From: Ktedonobacterales bacterium | GTDB lineage: Bacteria; Chloroflexota; Ktedonobacteria; Ktedonobacterales; JADMIN01 | Assembly (NCBI GenBank): GCA_025935195.1 | Contig: JAICVS010000004.1 | Location: 107-64,106 of the forward strand | Reading direction: 5' to 3' | Length of the DNA stretch: 64,000 nucleotides | Shown: positions 36,401 through 45,544 of the stretch, piece by piece | Numbering within the stretch: the first letter of the stretch is position 1 | Layout of the letters: each line of letters begins with the position of its first letter | The notes under the pieces: model-generated | Told to the model about the DNA's origin: nothing | The model's database searches: none | What the model saw: only the letters and a program-made list of their open reading frames with translations | Program-made: the position numbers and the translations under genes

Positions 36401-37990
36401 CTAGGGCGCGGGCGTGTCGAGCGCGGGCAGCTCGATGTAGGCGAAGTGCAGATCGGCCAGCTCCAGCGGCGGGCGGATCAACGGCTGCTCCCAATAGACC
36501 GGCCGGATGAAGCCGGAACCGTGACGCTGGCGCATGGGCGACAGCGCGTAGAGCCACTCTTTGCGCACCGCCGGAGAGCGCGCCGCGTGTGACGACCAGA
36601 AGAGCTGGAAGATGTCTGAGGCGTCAATCAGCTCCATCAGCCGCGGCCCCCAGTAGTCGCCGGAGCGCAGCGAGTCAATGTCCAGGTTGACCGTCAGGCC
36701 CAGCGCGCGGTAGGCGTTGCGGCAGGCCGTCACCACGCGCGTGTCGTCGTGGCTGTAGGAGGCGAAGACCGCGCGCGGCAGCGCCGTCTCGCGCTCGGTG
36801 GCCGGGCGGTGCGCGGCAGGCGACTGCTCGTCCACGGCGCGCTCGTCTACCAGCAGGGCGAACTTGAGGATGGCGACGATCAGCGGGCCGGCGTAGATGG
36901 TGATCTCGCCGGTGGCCGCCGCGCCGGCCAGCTCCGCCTGTGGCCGGAAGCGGAAGTCGGCGCGGTGCAGGTCTTCATCCCAGGAGAGCGAGACGCGCTC
37001 CGGGTTGAAGCGCACGGCGGCGCAGCGTGGCACGATGGTGAGCGCCGTGCCGCGCTCTACGCGCACCTGGGCGGGGGCGCTGGCGGTGCGCGGCCGCTCG
37101 CCCAGCTCGGGGGCGAAGCGCGCGGCATCGGCACGGACGGCGGCCAGGACGGTGTCGAGGTGGGCGTAGACCAGGAGTGTCTGCCAGGTTTCGGCGGGGA
37201 CTTCACGCGGATAGTAGGCGGTGAAGGAGAGATGTTCTCGCTCCTGAGTGACGGGAGCGGGTGGAGGTGAGCCTGGCGTGCGGCGGGGGATCACGATCCC
37301 GCGCACGCGCTCGTCGGCCTCGGCCTCAACCGCGGGGGCCGGCTCTGGTGGGGCCATCGAAGCGGCGCCTCCCAGCGGCGGGAAGTCCGGCGTGCCATAT
37401 ACCGCCACCTCATCAGGAGCGCGTTCCTCCTCGCGGGCGGGCCGCGGGGCGGGCGGTGCGGGCGGTGGCGCCCCGCGGCTGGCCCACTCCCCAGATGCGG
37501 GCTGTGGAGCGGGTTGCGCCTGTGGATAGGGTTGATCCCGGCTCTCACCTGGCGGTTGGTCGAATGCTGGATAGCTGCCCCCTCCTGGCGGTGTGGAGGC
37601 CGCTGGATATTCGCCCCATGGTGATGTCGGTGGAGGCGGTGGTGGCGCTCCAGGCTCGGCCCAGGCGGGCGACGTAGCCGGAGGGAGCGGCGGCGCGGCG
37701 GTGCGGACGGCGGCATCGTGCGCCTGGGCCTCGGCGTCGAACGTTCTGGGTGGGGCCGGTGGTGCGCCCCATCCAGTCATCGGTGCGCCCCATTCACCGC
37801 CTCTGGCTTCTTTCGCCGCCGGTTTCCCAGTCGAGGGAGGTGGCGCCGCCTTCCTCGCGCTCGATTGCCGCATCGCCACCAGCAGCAGTGTGGCGATGAG
37901 CAGCAGCGCGAGCACACCCACTATGATCAAGCCAACGAGCAGCGGCAGTGCGAAGTCCGCCAGGGTCGGCCGCGATAGCGCAATCCCCAT
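36401..37990 (-). CDS. membrane-anchored, proline-rich protein with a C-terminal TIR domain
   Basis: GAAAGGGGG precedes ATG 37990. An N-terminal TM helix is followed by about 150 aa of P/A-rich linker and a beta-rich middle domain. The C-terminal VFASYSHDD...DIFQLFWS...SPAVRKEWLYAL matches bacterial TIR motifs. Confidence 0.8.
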   Translation of the reverse strand: MGIALSRPTLADFALPLLVGLIIVGVLALLLIATLLLVAMRQSSARKAAPPPSTGKPAAKEARGGEWGAPMTGWGAPPAPPRTFDAEAQAHDAAVRTAAPPLPPATSPAWAEPGAPPPPPPTSPWGEYPAASTPPGGGSYPAFDQPPGESRDQPYPQAQPAPQPASGEWASRGAPPPAPPAPRPAREEERAPDEVAVYGTPDFPPLGGAASMAPPEPAPAVEAEADERVRGIVIPRRTPGSPPPAPVTQEREHLSFTAYYPREVPAETWQTLLVYAHLDTVLAAVRADAARFAPELGERPRTASAPAQVRVERGTALTIVPRCAAVRFNPERVSLSWDEDLHRADFRFRPQAELAGAAATGEITIYAGPLIVAILKFALLVDERAVDEQSPAAHRPATERETALPRAVFASYSHDDTRVVTACRNAYRALGLTVNLDIDSLRSGDYWGPRLMELIDASDIFQLFWSSHAARSPAVRKEWLYALSPMRQRHGSGFIRPVYWEQPLIRPPLELADLHFAYIELPALDTPAP

Positions 37991-38300
37991 AGATGCCCCC
38001 TTTCGCGCGCGTGCGGATGGGTGATGCGGGTCGCCTGCCCGACCACCCGCGGCAGCATAGCAGGTCGCGCCGGGGAGAGCAAGCACGAGAGGCAGAGGCA
38101 GGCTGGCGCGTGATGGGGTTTTCCACATGGGGACGGACACGCGCCCGCGCGGGGCGGCCGGCGATTGCAATCGCGCCTGGAGGGCCGCGAGGGCCGCGCG
38201 TCGCGGACTGGGAGACGCGACGCGCGGATGGGAACCATTTACAAGCTCTGTGGACGGAGACGTGATCACGTCCCCACTACGTCCCGGCGTCCTCCGCGGT

Positions 38301-40391
38301 TCAATTCCGCGCCTCACGCAGCGCCGCGAACCAGGCGCGGTTCATGGCGATGGCGCCGGCCGGGGTGGGATGGATGCCGTCGGGCAGCAGGTAGTTCGGG
38401 TGGGCCGAGAAGAGGGCGTAGAAGTCCGGCCCAGCGGTCAGCCCATCCGCCGCCGTCACCTGATCGATCACGGTGTTCAGCGCGCGCACTTCGGCGTCCA
38501 GCCGCTGGCCGTCCGGCCCGTCGCGGTGGATGTAGGGGATGCGCGCCAGCACCGGCACATGCCCCGCGTGGCGGATCGCCGTCACTATCGCCTCTAGATT
38601 GGCGCGGAAGGCCGTGGGCGCGACCATCTCGAAGGCGTCGTTCGTGCCCCAGCCGAGCAGCCAGTAGTTGAAGTCTGGCGTCAGCTCCAGCAGTTGCCCG
38701 ATCACCCGCGCGCCGCCCGCGGAGTCCCAGCCGCCGAAGCCCTCGTCCAGCATGGCGGGGAAACGGTTCGCGTCCGCCGCGTGGGCGAGCGCCGCGAGGT
38801 CCGGTTGATTCTCGGCGAAGCGGTTGTAGGCCATGACGGTGATCGAATCGCCCATGAAGACGAAGGTGTCCGGCGTGCCACGCGAGGCGTCGTACACGTC
38901 AATCTGGTCGATCTGGATCGCGGGCTGGCTGGCGTGCGGCTGTCCCTGGGTGACTGTCATCTTCACCCACGCCTGGCCGGTGAACGGCAGCAGGTGCTCG
39001 CGCCCGCGCGCCGTGTTCTCCGTGACCGCCGCCACGGTGCGCCAGGTGCCGTCGGCGCCATTGGTGCTGTTCGATGAGACGGAAAGGGTGTAGTCACGCG
39101 GCTCCAGGCCGGTGTCGCTGAGGTAGTCGAAGACGTAATCGCTCACCCAGGTCAGCAGCACGCTCGACGGTCCGACGCCCACGCGGATGGCGCACCACGC
39201 CGGCAGCCCACCCATGCCGGCCTGCCAGAACGACCAGCCGCCGTAGCGCCCGCTGACGATGGCCTCGGCGCCGCCCGCGCCGGTGTTGTTATCCGAGCAG
39301 ACCACCGGCTTGCCGCGCGAGAGCAGCGCGCCGTTCGCGCTGGCCACGGCCGCCGGCCGGTACTGGCGGATCAGGTCACGCAGGGCGGTGTACTGCGGCT
39401 TCGGCTGCCCGTTGGTGACATCCAGCATGTCCAGCCGGCCGTAGCCGGAGTAGCTGGCGGCGTCGAACTGGCAGGCGAAGGCCACGCCGGCTTGCATCAT
39501 CGCGCGCATGGCTGTGGTGGTGAACGCGGTGATGAACGCGGCGTCTTCGCCGTAGACCGGCGGTGGGTTGTTGGGATCGTAGTTCCACTCCGAGACGCCC
39601 ACCGGCAGCGCGTGGCCGAGGGTTTGTCGCGTGAGCCGCTCCACCCCTTGGGCTATTTCGGCGTAGGTGCCGGCCTTCGCCAGGCAGGCGTCTTTCGTGT
39701 CGTTCCAACAGGGATACCAGTGGAAGCTGACGGCGTCTGGCAGCACGCCGGAGTCGCGCACGCCTTGCAGGAACGCTTGCATGTAGTCATGCTGGCCCGC
39801 CGGGGTCGAGGTGGCTGGGCCGATGAACTTCGCGTGCGGGTTGAGCTGGCGCAGCGCCGGGATGGTGGCGTTCCAGAGGCGCACGTAGTCCGCGCTCGAC
39901 ATGTTCGTCAGGTCTGGCTCGTTGCCGAACTCGTAGAGCAGGCAGCGGTCGCTCAGATAGGTCACGACATGGCGCAGGTAGGCGGTATCGCGGATGTCCG
40001 TCAGCACGGCGAGGCAGCGCGCGCCGCTCTGCGTCACCGTGCGCATGCGCTGGTCGAGGGTGTCGTCGGACGCGCCGTCGGGGATGAAGGTGCGGATCAA
40101 TGTGAAGCCGGCGCTGCGCAGCGCGGATTGCAGCGTGGGGTCGGTCTGGAGGTTGCGCGCGGACCATTCATAGGTGTCGTTGGTGCCGAACAGAAAGGAC
40201 GACACGCCGTCGCGCCAGGTCTGCTGGCCTGGCAGCGCGGGAGCGATGAGCGGCGTCGCGGGCGCGGGAGGCTGACTGTAGAGCGGGCGGAACGAGAGCA
40301 CGCCGACCGTGAGCAGCCCGGCCGCACCGATCACGCGCACCAGCCAGTACCCTAGCGATCGCGTGCGCGTCTGGCGTATCTTCTGGCTCAT
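38301..40391 (-). CDS. secreted multidomain carbohydrate-active enzyme (GH-like TIM-barrel region, carbohydrate-binding-like middle, C-terminal SGNH/GDSL hydrolase)
   Basis: An N-terminal signal/anchor is present. YEFGNEPD is a retaining-GH NEP motif. The C-terminal FMGDSIT, GWGTNDA and DGIHPT are SGNH blocks I, III and V. Confidence 0.8.
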   Translation of the reverse strand: MSQKIRQTRTRSLGYWLVRVIGAAGLLTVGVLSFRPLYSQPPAPATPLIAPALPGQQTWRDGVSSFLFGTNDTYEWSARNLQTDPTLQSALRSAGFTLIRTFIPDGASDDTLDQRMRTVTQSGARCLAVLTDIRDTAYLRHVVTYLSDRCLLYEFGNEPDLTNMSSADYVRLWNATIPALRQLNPHAKFIGPATSTPAGQHDYMQAFLQGVRDSGVLPDAVSFHWYPCWNDTKDACLAKAGTYAEIAQGVERLTRQTLGHALPVGVSEWNYDPNNPPPVYGEDAAFITAFTTTAMRAMMQAGVAFACQFDAASYSGYGRLDMLDVTNGQPKPQYTALRDLIRQYRPAAVASANGALLSRGKPVVCSDNNTGAGGAEAIVSGRYGGWSFWQAGMGGLPAWCAIRVGVGPSSVLLTWVSDYVFDYLSDTGLEPRDYTLSVSSNSTNGADGTWRTVAAVTENTARGREHLLPFTGQAWVKMTVTQGQPHASQPAIQIDQIDVYDASRGTPDTFVFMGDSITVMAYNRFAENQPDLAALAHAADANRFPAMLDEGFGGWDSAGGARVIGQLLELTPDFNYWLLGWGTNDAFEMVAPTAFRANLEAIVTAIRHAGHVPVLARIPYIHRDGPDGQRLDAEVRALNTVIDQVTAADGLTAGPDFYALFSAHPNYLLPDGIHPTPAGAIAMNRAWFAALREARN

Positions 40392-40477
40392 CCTCGCCCG
40401 TACCCTTTCCTCTCTGATGGAGGTCGGATGGTGTCTCGTTGAGGTCACAGTCCGCGCGGGCAGGCCGGCGAATGAAT

Positions 40478-40526
40478 TCGCGCCTGGGGGCATGCCGCCG
40501 CGACGTCCGCCTACGCGGACTGGGAT
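40478..40526 (+). repeat. REP-like element, family B, copy 3 (partial)
   Basis: TCGCGCCTGGGGGCATGCCGCCGCGACGTCCGCCTACGCGGACTGGGAT. Confidence 0.7.
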
Positions 40527-40579
40527 CAGAGATGATCGTCAGTGCCGCGACTCGTGCGCCACCTTCCGTCTGCCCGCTG

Positions 40580-41257
40580 TTACGCGCCGCCGCGCGCCGC
40601 TACCATCACCGGGACGGTCAGCGCCATGAGCTTGATGTCTTCCAGCAGCGATTGCCGCTCCAGGTAGGCGATGTCCATCTCGACCATCTCGCGGAAGGGC
40701 ACGCGGCTGCGCCCGTAGACCTGCCATGGCCCGGTCAGCCCCGGCTTGGAGGCCAGGCGCAGCCAGTCGCGCGGGCTATACATGCGGATCTCGTAGGGCA
40801 GCGGCGGGCGCGGGCCAACCAGCGTCATCTCGCCGCGCAGCACGTTGAAGAGCTGCGGCAGCTCGTCCAGACTGGTCTTGCGGATGAAGCGCCCGACTGG
40901 CGTGATGCGCGGGTCGTGGCCGAGCTTGAAGGCGTTCGGTCCGCTGCCGTCGCCGTTGAGCGCCTGCCCTTGCATGTAGCGCTCGATGGCCTTGCGGTGC
41001 GTCTCGTCGTCGTTGTTGACGCACATCGAGCGGAACTTGAGCATCTCGAACTCGGCGCCGTTCTCGCCCACGCGCCGCTGCCGGTACAGGATCGGCCCCT
41101 CCGATGTCAACATGACGCTGAGCGCGACCAGCGCCATGACGAGGCCGAAGGGCACGAGCAGCACGAGCGTGAAGGCGACATCCAGCAGCCGCTTCACGCG
41201 CAGGTAGCCCGAATCGAACGCGACCGCCACCTGCGCCTGCGCCAGTTGAACCGCCAT
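40580..41257 (-). CDS. polyprenyl-phosphate sugar phosphotransferase (bacterial sugar transferase family, small WbaP/EpsL-like)
   Basis: KRLLDVAF..., ...[45 protein letters not shown]..., [10 protein letters not shown]. Confidence 0.9.
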   Translation of the reverse strand: MAVQLAQAQVAVAFDSGYLRVKRLLDVAFTLVLLVPFGLVMALVALSVMLTSEGPILYRQRRVGENGAEFEMLKFRSMCVNNDDETHRKAIERYMQGQALNGDGSGPNAFKLGHDPRITPVGRFIRKTSLDELPQLFNVLRGEMTLVGPRPPLPYEIRMYSPRDWLRLASKPGLTGPWQVYGRSRVPFREMVEMDIAYLERQSLLEDIKLMALTVPVMVAARGGA

Positions 41258-41642
41258 CCGGTGTTCCCCTTTCCAGCCCACCCCCAAAGAAAGCATTGCT
41301 CCATGCGGAGCTACCTTCGTAGTATCCCGCCCGCTGGTGTGCGCGGGGTGCGTGGGGCGATGGAGAAATGGGGGAAAACGGCCCCGCGCGCGTGAGCATC
41401 CTGCCACCAGGCGCGGGGATGGCATGCTTCCCAAAGGACGACCCGTCGCGCGTTCGTCACGCGCGTTCCGTGGCGCAACCGCATCACAACCGCGCGCCAA
41501 TCCGCTACGCAGGGAGGGTCCGGTACGCTGTCTTCACCGGGCATCGAGGCGCCGAACGCCGAGTGGCGCGACGCGCCGGAACAATTGTGACGCCGGAACA
41601 AGCAAACGTGACATGGGTGCTGGAATGGGAGATGGTGCGCGT

Positions 41643-42656
41643 ATGAAAGACCTGACGTTCGGCCTGATCGGATGGGGGTATTGGGGACCGAAGCTGGCAC
41701 GCAATCTGGATACGCTGCCGCAGAGCGCGCTGGCGATGGTGGCTGACATGGACGCCGGGCGGCTGGCCCAGGTAGCGGCGCAGCAGCCGTGGGTCAAGAC
41801 GACGACGAGCGCGGAAGACATCTTTCGTGCGGATGTGGACGGCGTGGTGATCGCGACGCCGGTGCGCACGCACTACCGACTCGCGCGCGAGGCGCTGCTG
41901 CACGGCAAGCATGTGCTGGTGGAGAAGCCGCTGACAGATAATGTCGCGGACGCTGAGGAGCTGGTCGAGCTGGCGCGCGAGCGCGGCCTGACGCTGATGG
42001 TCGGGCATACCTTCGAGTACAGCCCGGCCGTCAACGAGCTGCGCAAGATCGTGCGCGCCGGCGACCTGGGCAACATCCTCTGTGTCGAGACCGAGCGCGT
42101 GAATCTGGGGCTGTATCGCAGCGACATCAATGTCATCTGGGACCTGGCCCCGCACGACGTCTCCATCCTGCTCTACATCCTGGGCGAGACGCCAACCTCC
42201 GTGCGCGCGCAGGCGCATGCGCACCTGACGCCGCGCATCTTCGACATCGCGCATCTGGATCTGGGCTTCGGCGGCCACATGACGGCGCACGTCCACGTGA
42301 GCTGGCTGCACCCGTGCAAGATTCGCCGCGTCACGGTAATCGGCGACCAGCGCATGGCCGTCTACGATGACACCAATCCGGCGGAGATGCTCAAAATCTT
42401 CAACAAGGGCGCGGATGTGCATGCCGACCCGGTCGTCTCGTACCGCTACGGCGCTATCACGATCCCGCATATCGAGTGGGTCGAGCCGTTGCGTCTGGAG
42501 TGCGCGGACTTCGCCAACGCGATCCGGACGGGCGCGCAGCCGCGGGCGCACGGCGGTGTGGGCCTGGAGGTCGTGCGTATCCTGGCGGCGGCGCAGGAGA
42601 CCGTCGGGTCCGCCCGCGAGACGCACGCGGCGGAGCTGGTCATGGCCGGCAGTTAG
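41643..42656 (+). CDS. Gfo/Idh/MocA-family NAD(P)-dependent oxidoreductase
   Basis: The Rossmann start is FGLIGWGYWG. …HVLVEKPL… is the EKP motif. The length is typical. Confidence 0.9.
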   Translation: MKDLTFGLIGWGYWGPKLARNLDTLPQSALAMVADMDAGRLAQVAAQQPWVKTTTSAEDIFRADVDGVVIATPVRTHYRLAREALLHGKHVLVEKPLTDNVADAEELVELARERGLTLMVGHTFEYSPAVNELRKIVRAGDLGNILCVETERVNLGLYRSDINVIWDLAPHDVSILLYILGETPTSVRAQAHAHLTPRIFDIAHLDLGFGGHMTAHVHVSWLHPCKIRRVTVIGDQRMAVYDDTNPAEMLKIFNKGADVHADPVVSYRYGAITIPHIEWVEPLRLECADFANAIRTGAQPRAHGGVGLEVVRILAAAQETVGSARETHAAELVMAGS

Positions 42657-42660
42657 GGGA

Positions 42661-42706
42661 GTTCCTCACCGCCCAACCCCCTCTCCCCGCGGGGAGAGGG
42701 GGAGCC
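42661..42706 (+). repeat. REP-like element, family A, copy 6
   Basis: GTTCCTCACCGCCCAACCCCCTCTCCCCGCGGGGAGAGGGGGAGCC, located between convergent genes. Confidence 0.85.
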
Positions 42707-42746
42707 GGCGATGGCGCCACCATGGGATGAGCTGGCGTCAGGCGCC

Positions 42747-43466
42747 CTACTCATCCGTGTCGATCTCCGCATCCCTGCCCATCTCGTCCGGCCCATCATC
42801 CCCATCCTCGTCGTCCTCGGCCGCCGCTTCGCCGCGCAGTTCTTCCCATACCTGCTGTACCGTCGTCCGCGCGACTCCATAGCTGAAGCCGCGCCGCAGC
42901 AGGAACTGTCCGAGTCGCGTACGGAACGCCTCGTACTCCAGACCACGCAGAGCATGCAGGCGTTGGCGGGCGGCGGTCAGGGCGCGATCTTCGTCGCGCT
43001 CCGGATCGCTGACCTGCTCCGCCGTCTCGCGCGCGACGCCCTTCTGCCGCAGTTCCTGCCCCAGCGCGCGGGCTGAGCGCGGGCTGAAGCGCTCGCGGTT
43101 CTCTACCCAGAAGTCGGCGAAATCGCGGTCGTTCAGGAGCTCCATGTTCTCCAGTCGATCCAGGATGCGTTCGATGCCCTCACGCGAGGGGATCGGATGA
43201 TTGGGGCGGGGCGCGAGCAGGCGGCGGCGCACCTCGGCGCGGCTGCGCGGCCGCGGCGCCAGGAAGCGCAGCGCGGCGTCGAACAGCCAGCGCTCCTCCT
43301 CGCGCCCGGTTAGCCGCTCGACGTCGGCCGCGTTCAGCTCCTGGCCGACGCACAGCCCCTCCGCTACGACCAGCGCGCCATCCATCCCCAGCGCGAAGCG
43401 GCCATCCAGCGCGATGTTGTAGCGGTCGGGATGGCGCTGCTGTGGCTCAATCGCGGTAATTTTCAT
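42747..43466 (-). CDS. recX: RecX-like regulatory protein with an acidic C-terminal tail
   Basis: …RSRAEVRRRLL…, LLNDRDFADFWVENR…SPRSARALGQELRQKGV…, LLRRGFSY: three-helix RecX repeats. The start is taken at ATG 43466; the upstream part of the 636-aa track ORF is antisense to IS607. Confidence 0.8.
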   Translation of the reverse strand: MKITAIEPQQRHPDRYNIALDGRFALGMDGALVVAEGLCVGQELNAADVERLTGREEERWLFDAALRFLAPRPRSRAEVRRRLLAPRPNHPIPSREGIERILDRLENMELLNDRDFADFWVENRERFSPRSARALGQELRQKGVARETAEQVSDPERDEDRALTAARQRLHALRGLEYEAFRTRLGQFLLRRGFSYGVARTTVQQVWEELRGEAAAEDDEDGDDGPDEMGRDAEIDTDE

Positions 43467-43580
43467 GGTGATCCCCGGTGATTCCGTGTTGTTTCGCCAT
43501 GATATCATTCCGCGGGCGACGGCTACACACGGAAGGTATACTAAACGTTCGCAGGCGTGGTAGCGTATTGGCTCCTTTTC

Positions 43581-43610
43581 TTGACAACTCTCGTGACAAC
43601 CTGCTAGAAT
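43581..43610 (+). promoter_or_regulatory. promoter of IS607 tnpA (predicts a leaderless or near-leaderless mRNA)
   Basis: TTGACA (43581-43586), 18 nt, TAGAAT (43605-43610). The ATG lies 7 nt downstream at 43617. Confidence 0.6.
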
Positions 43611-43616
43611 GGGAGC

Positions 43617-44222
43617 ATGAAGCTCTCTGACTACGCCAAGCAGATGGGCGTGCGCTATGAGACCGCCTGGCGCTGGTATCGGGACGGCAAAATCCAGGGC
43701 CGTCGCGTTGGGCCACGCACCATCATTATTACCGAGGGGCAAGAGGCGCCAGCCGCTCCCGCGCCTCAGCAGGTGGCGATCTATGCGCGCGTGTCCTCGG
43801 CCGAGAACAGGAGCAATCTGGACAGCCAGGCGGAGCGGCTTGCCGCGTACTGTATGGCACGGGGCTATCAGGTGGCGAAGGTGGTCAAAGAAGTCGGGTC
43901 TGGTGTGAACGACGGCCGCCCGAAGCTCCTGGCGCTGCTTGAAGAGCAAAGTATCGGCCTGATCGTGGTGGAGCACCAGGACCGCTTGACCCGCTTCGGC
44001 TTCCGCTACCTGGATACGCTGCTCAAAACGCAGGGCCGTGCCATCGAAGTGGTAAACCAGGCTGAGAATGGGACGGAAGACCTGCTGGCGGACCTGACGG
44101 CCATCGTCTACTCGTTCTGTGCCCGGCTCTATGGGCAGCGCCGGGCCAAGCGCAAGACGGAGGTGATCGTGCGCGAGTTGGAGGCAAAAGAGGCGAAGGG
44201 AGACGGCGATGCAACTGGTTGA
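43617..44222 (+). CDS. tnpA: IS607-family serine recombinase transposase (MerR-like HTH + resolvase catalytic domain)
   Basis: MKLSDYAKQMGVRYETAWRWYRDGKI is the HTH. VAIYARVSSAENRSNLDSQ contains the catalytic Ser. …VVEHQDRLTRFG… is also present. Confidence 0.9.
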   Translation: MKLSDYAKQMGVRYETAWRWYRDGKIQGRRVGPRTIIITEGQEAPAAPAPQQVAIYARVSSAENRSNLDSQAERLAAYCMARGYQVAKVVKEVGSGVNDGRPKLLALLEEQSIGLIVVEHQDRLTRFGFRYLDTLLKTQGRAIEVVNQAENGTEDLLADLTAIVYSFCARLYGQRRAKRKTEVIVRELEAKEAKGDGDATG

Positions 44223-45425
44223 GCGCCACGTCATCAAGCCGGCTGATCCCCGCTTTGCCGCCCCATTGACTCCGCCGCCTTCGCCTCCAAGAACCTCTAC
44301 AACGCCGCCAACTATGTGGTCCGGCAGTCCTACATCCACGAGGGTGCCTACCTGAACTACCACGAGATGCACCGCCGCATGCAGGACCACGACGCCTACA
44401 AAGCCTTGCCGGCCAAAGTCGCGCAGTGGGTGCTGCGCCTGCTCGACAAGAACTGGCACAGCTACTTCGCCGCCTGCGCGGCCTGGAAAACGGACCCATC
44501 CCAGTTTCTGGGACACCCCAGGTTGCCCGGCTACAAGGACAAACAGCAGGGGCGAAACCTCTTCGTCTACACCATGCAGGCGCTCAGCCTGCCGGCGTTG
44601 CGCGCTGGCCTGATTGTCCCCTCCATGCTGGGCATCACCGTGCGGACCAAGCAGCACAACGTCCAGCAGGTGCGCATCATTCCCCGCATCGGCTTCTATG
44701 TGGTGGAGGTGGTCTATGCGCGTGAGCCGGTCCCGCTAGCCGTGGACCCCGCCCTGCATGCGGGCGTAGATATTGGCTTGAACAATCTGGCGACGCTAAC
44801 TTCAGACAAGCCGGGCTTCGTGCCTCGCATCGTCAACGGGCGGCCAGTGAAGTCCATCAACCAGTTCTACAACAAGCGGCAGGCGGAGGTGCAAAGCCAA
44901 CTGGGAGAGACGCATACGAGCCGGCGCTTGGAGCGCCTCACCACCCGGCGCACCCGGCGGATCGACTGGTATCTGCACACTGCCAGCCGGCGCCTGATTG
45001 ATCTGTTGGTAGCCGAGGGCATCGGCACGCTGGTCATTGGCAAGAACCCGCTCTGGAAGCAGCACGCGCGGCTGGGCCGACGGGGCAACCACAACTTCGT
45101 GAGCGTGCCCCACGCCCGCTTCATCGAGATGCTGACCTACAAAGCCGAATTGGTGGGCATTCAGGTGATCGTGACCGAGGAGAGCTACACCAGCAAGGCC
45201 AGCTTCCTCGATGCGGACCCGCTCCCCGTCTACAACGCCGCCCGTTCCGATCAACCACGTTTTAGCGGGCGGCGAGTGAAGCGTGGGCTGTACCGGGCGG
45301 CGGATAGGCGGCCCATCAATGCCGATGTCAACGGCGCCTACAACATCATCCGCAAAGTAGCTCCTGAGGCGTTCGCGCAAGGGAGTAGAGGGTGCGTAGT
45401 TCCCCCGGTGCGGCTCGCCGCATAA
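44209..45425 (+). pseudogene. tnpB: tnpB (RNA-guided-nuclease family OrfB), disrupted by a frameshift near 44257-44264
   Basis: ATG 44209 reads MQLVERHVIKPADPRFAA and then stops at 44353-44355. The conserved continuation IDSAAFASKNLYNAANYVVRQ…(RuvC-like, zinc-finger region)… lies in the -1 frame (track ORF 44316-45425). Confidence 0.8.
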
Positions 45426-45544
45426 ACCGATCAATAGTTCGCTAGAGATTGGGAACTATCGGGCCCATGTCGCCGCCGTTCCAGCATGCCGAGGAGTCCC
45501 AGGAGCCTAACATGCCGCGCATTGTTGGAGCGCCTGGGCATTGA

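Larger units (their letters stand above)
43581..45430 (+). mobile_element. IS607-family insertion sequence (tnpA serine recombinase + tnpB); ends approximate
   Basis: The two-gene IS607 organisation has a 14-nt tnpA/tnpB overlap. The exact termini cannot be defined by eye, because IS607 has no long terminal inverted repeats. Confidence 0.7.

Noticed and set aside
37991-38317. N-terminal extension of the TIR-protein ORF (and similar extensions of ORFs 40580-41500, 38301-40493, 28875-29828, 32325-34382, 16627-17640)
   Set aside because: Internal ATGs with good Shine-Dalgarno sequences give sensible N-termini (signal/TM helices or conserved family starts). The extensions are R/P/S-rich and overlap neighbouring genes or REP elements.
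43467-44657. N-terminal 397 residues of the 636-aa minus-strand ORF 42747-44657
   Set aside because: Only the last 239 codons are RecX-like and start with an ATG. The upstream part is antisense to IS607 tnpA/tnpB, and IS607 would have had to insert inside it.
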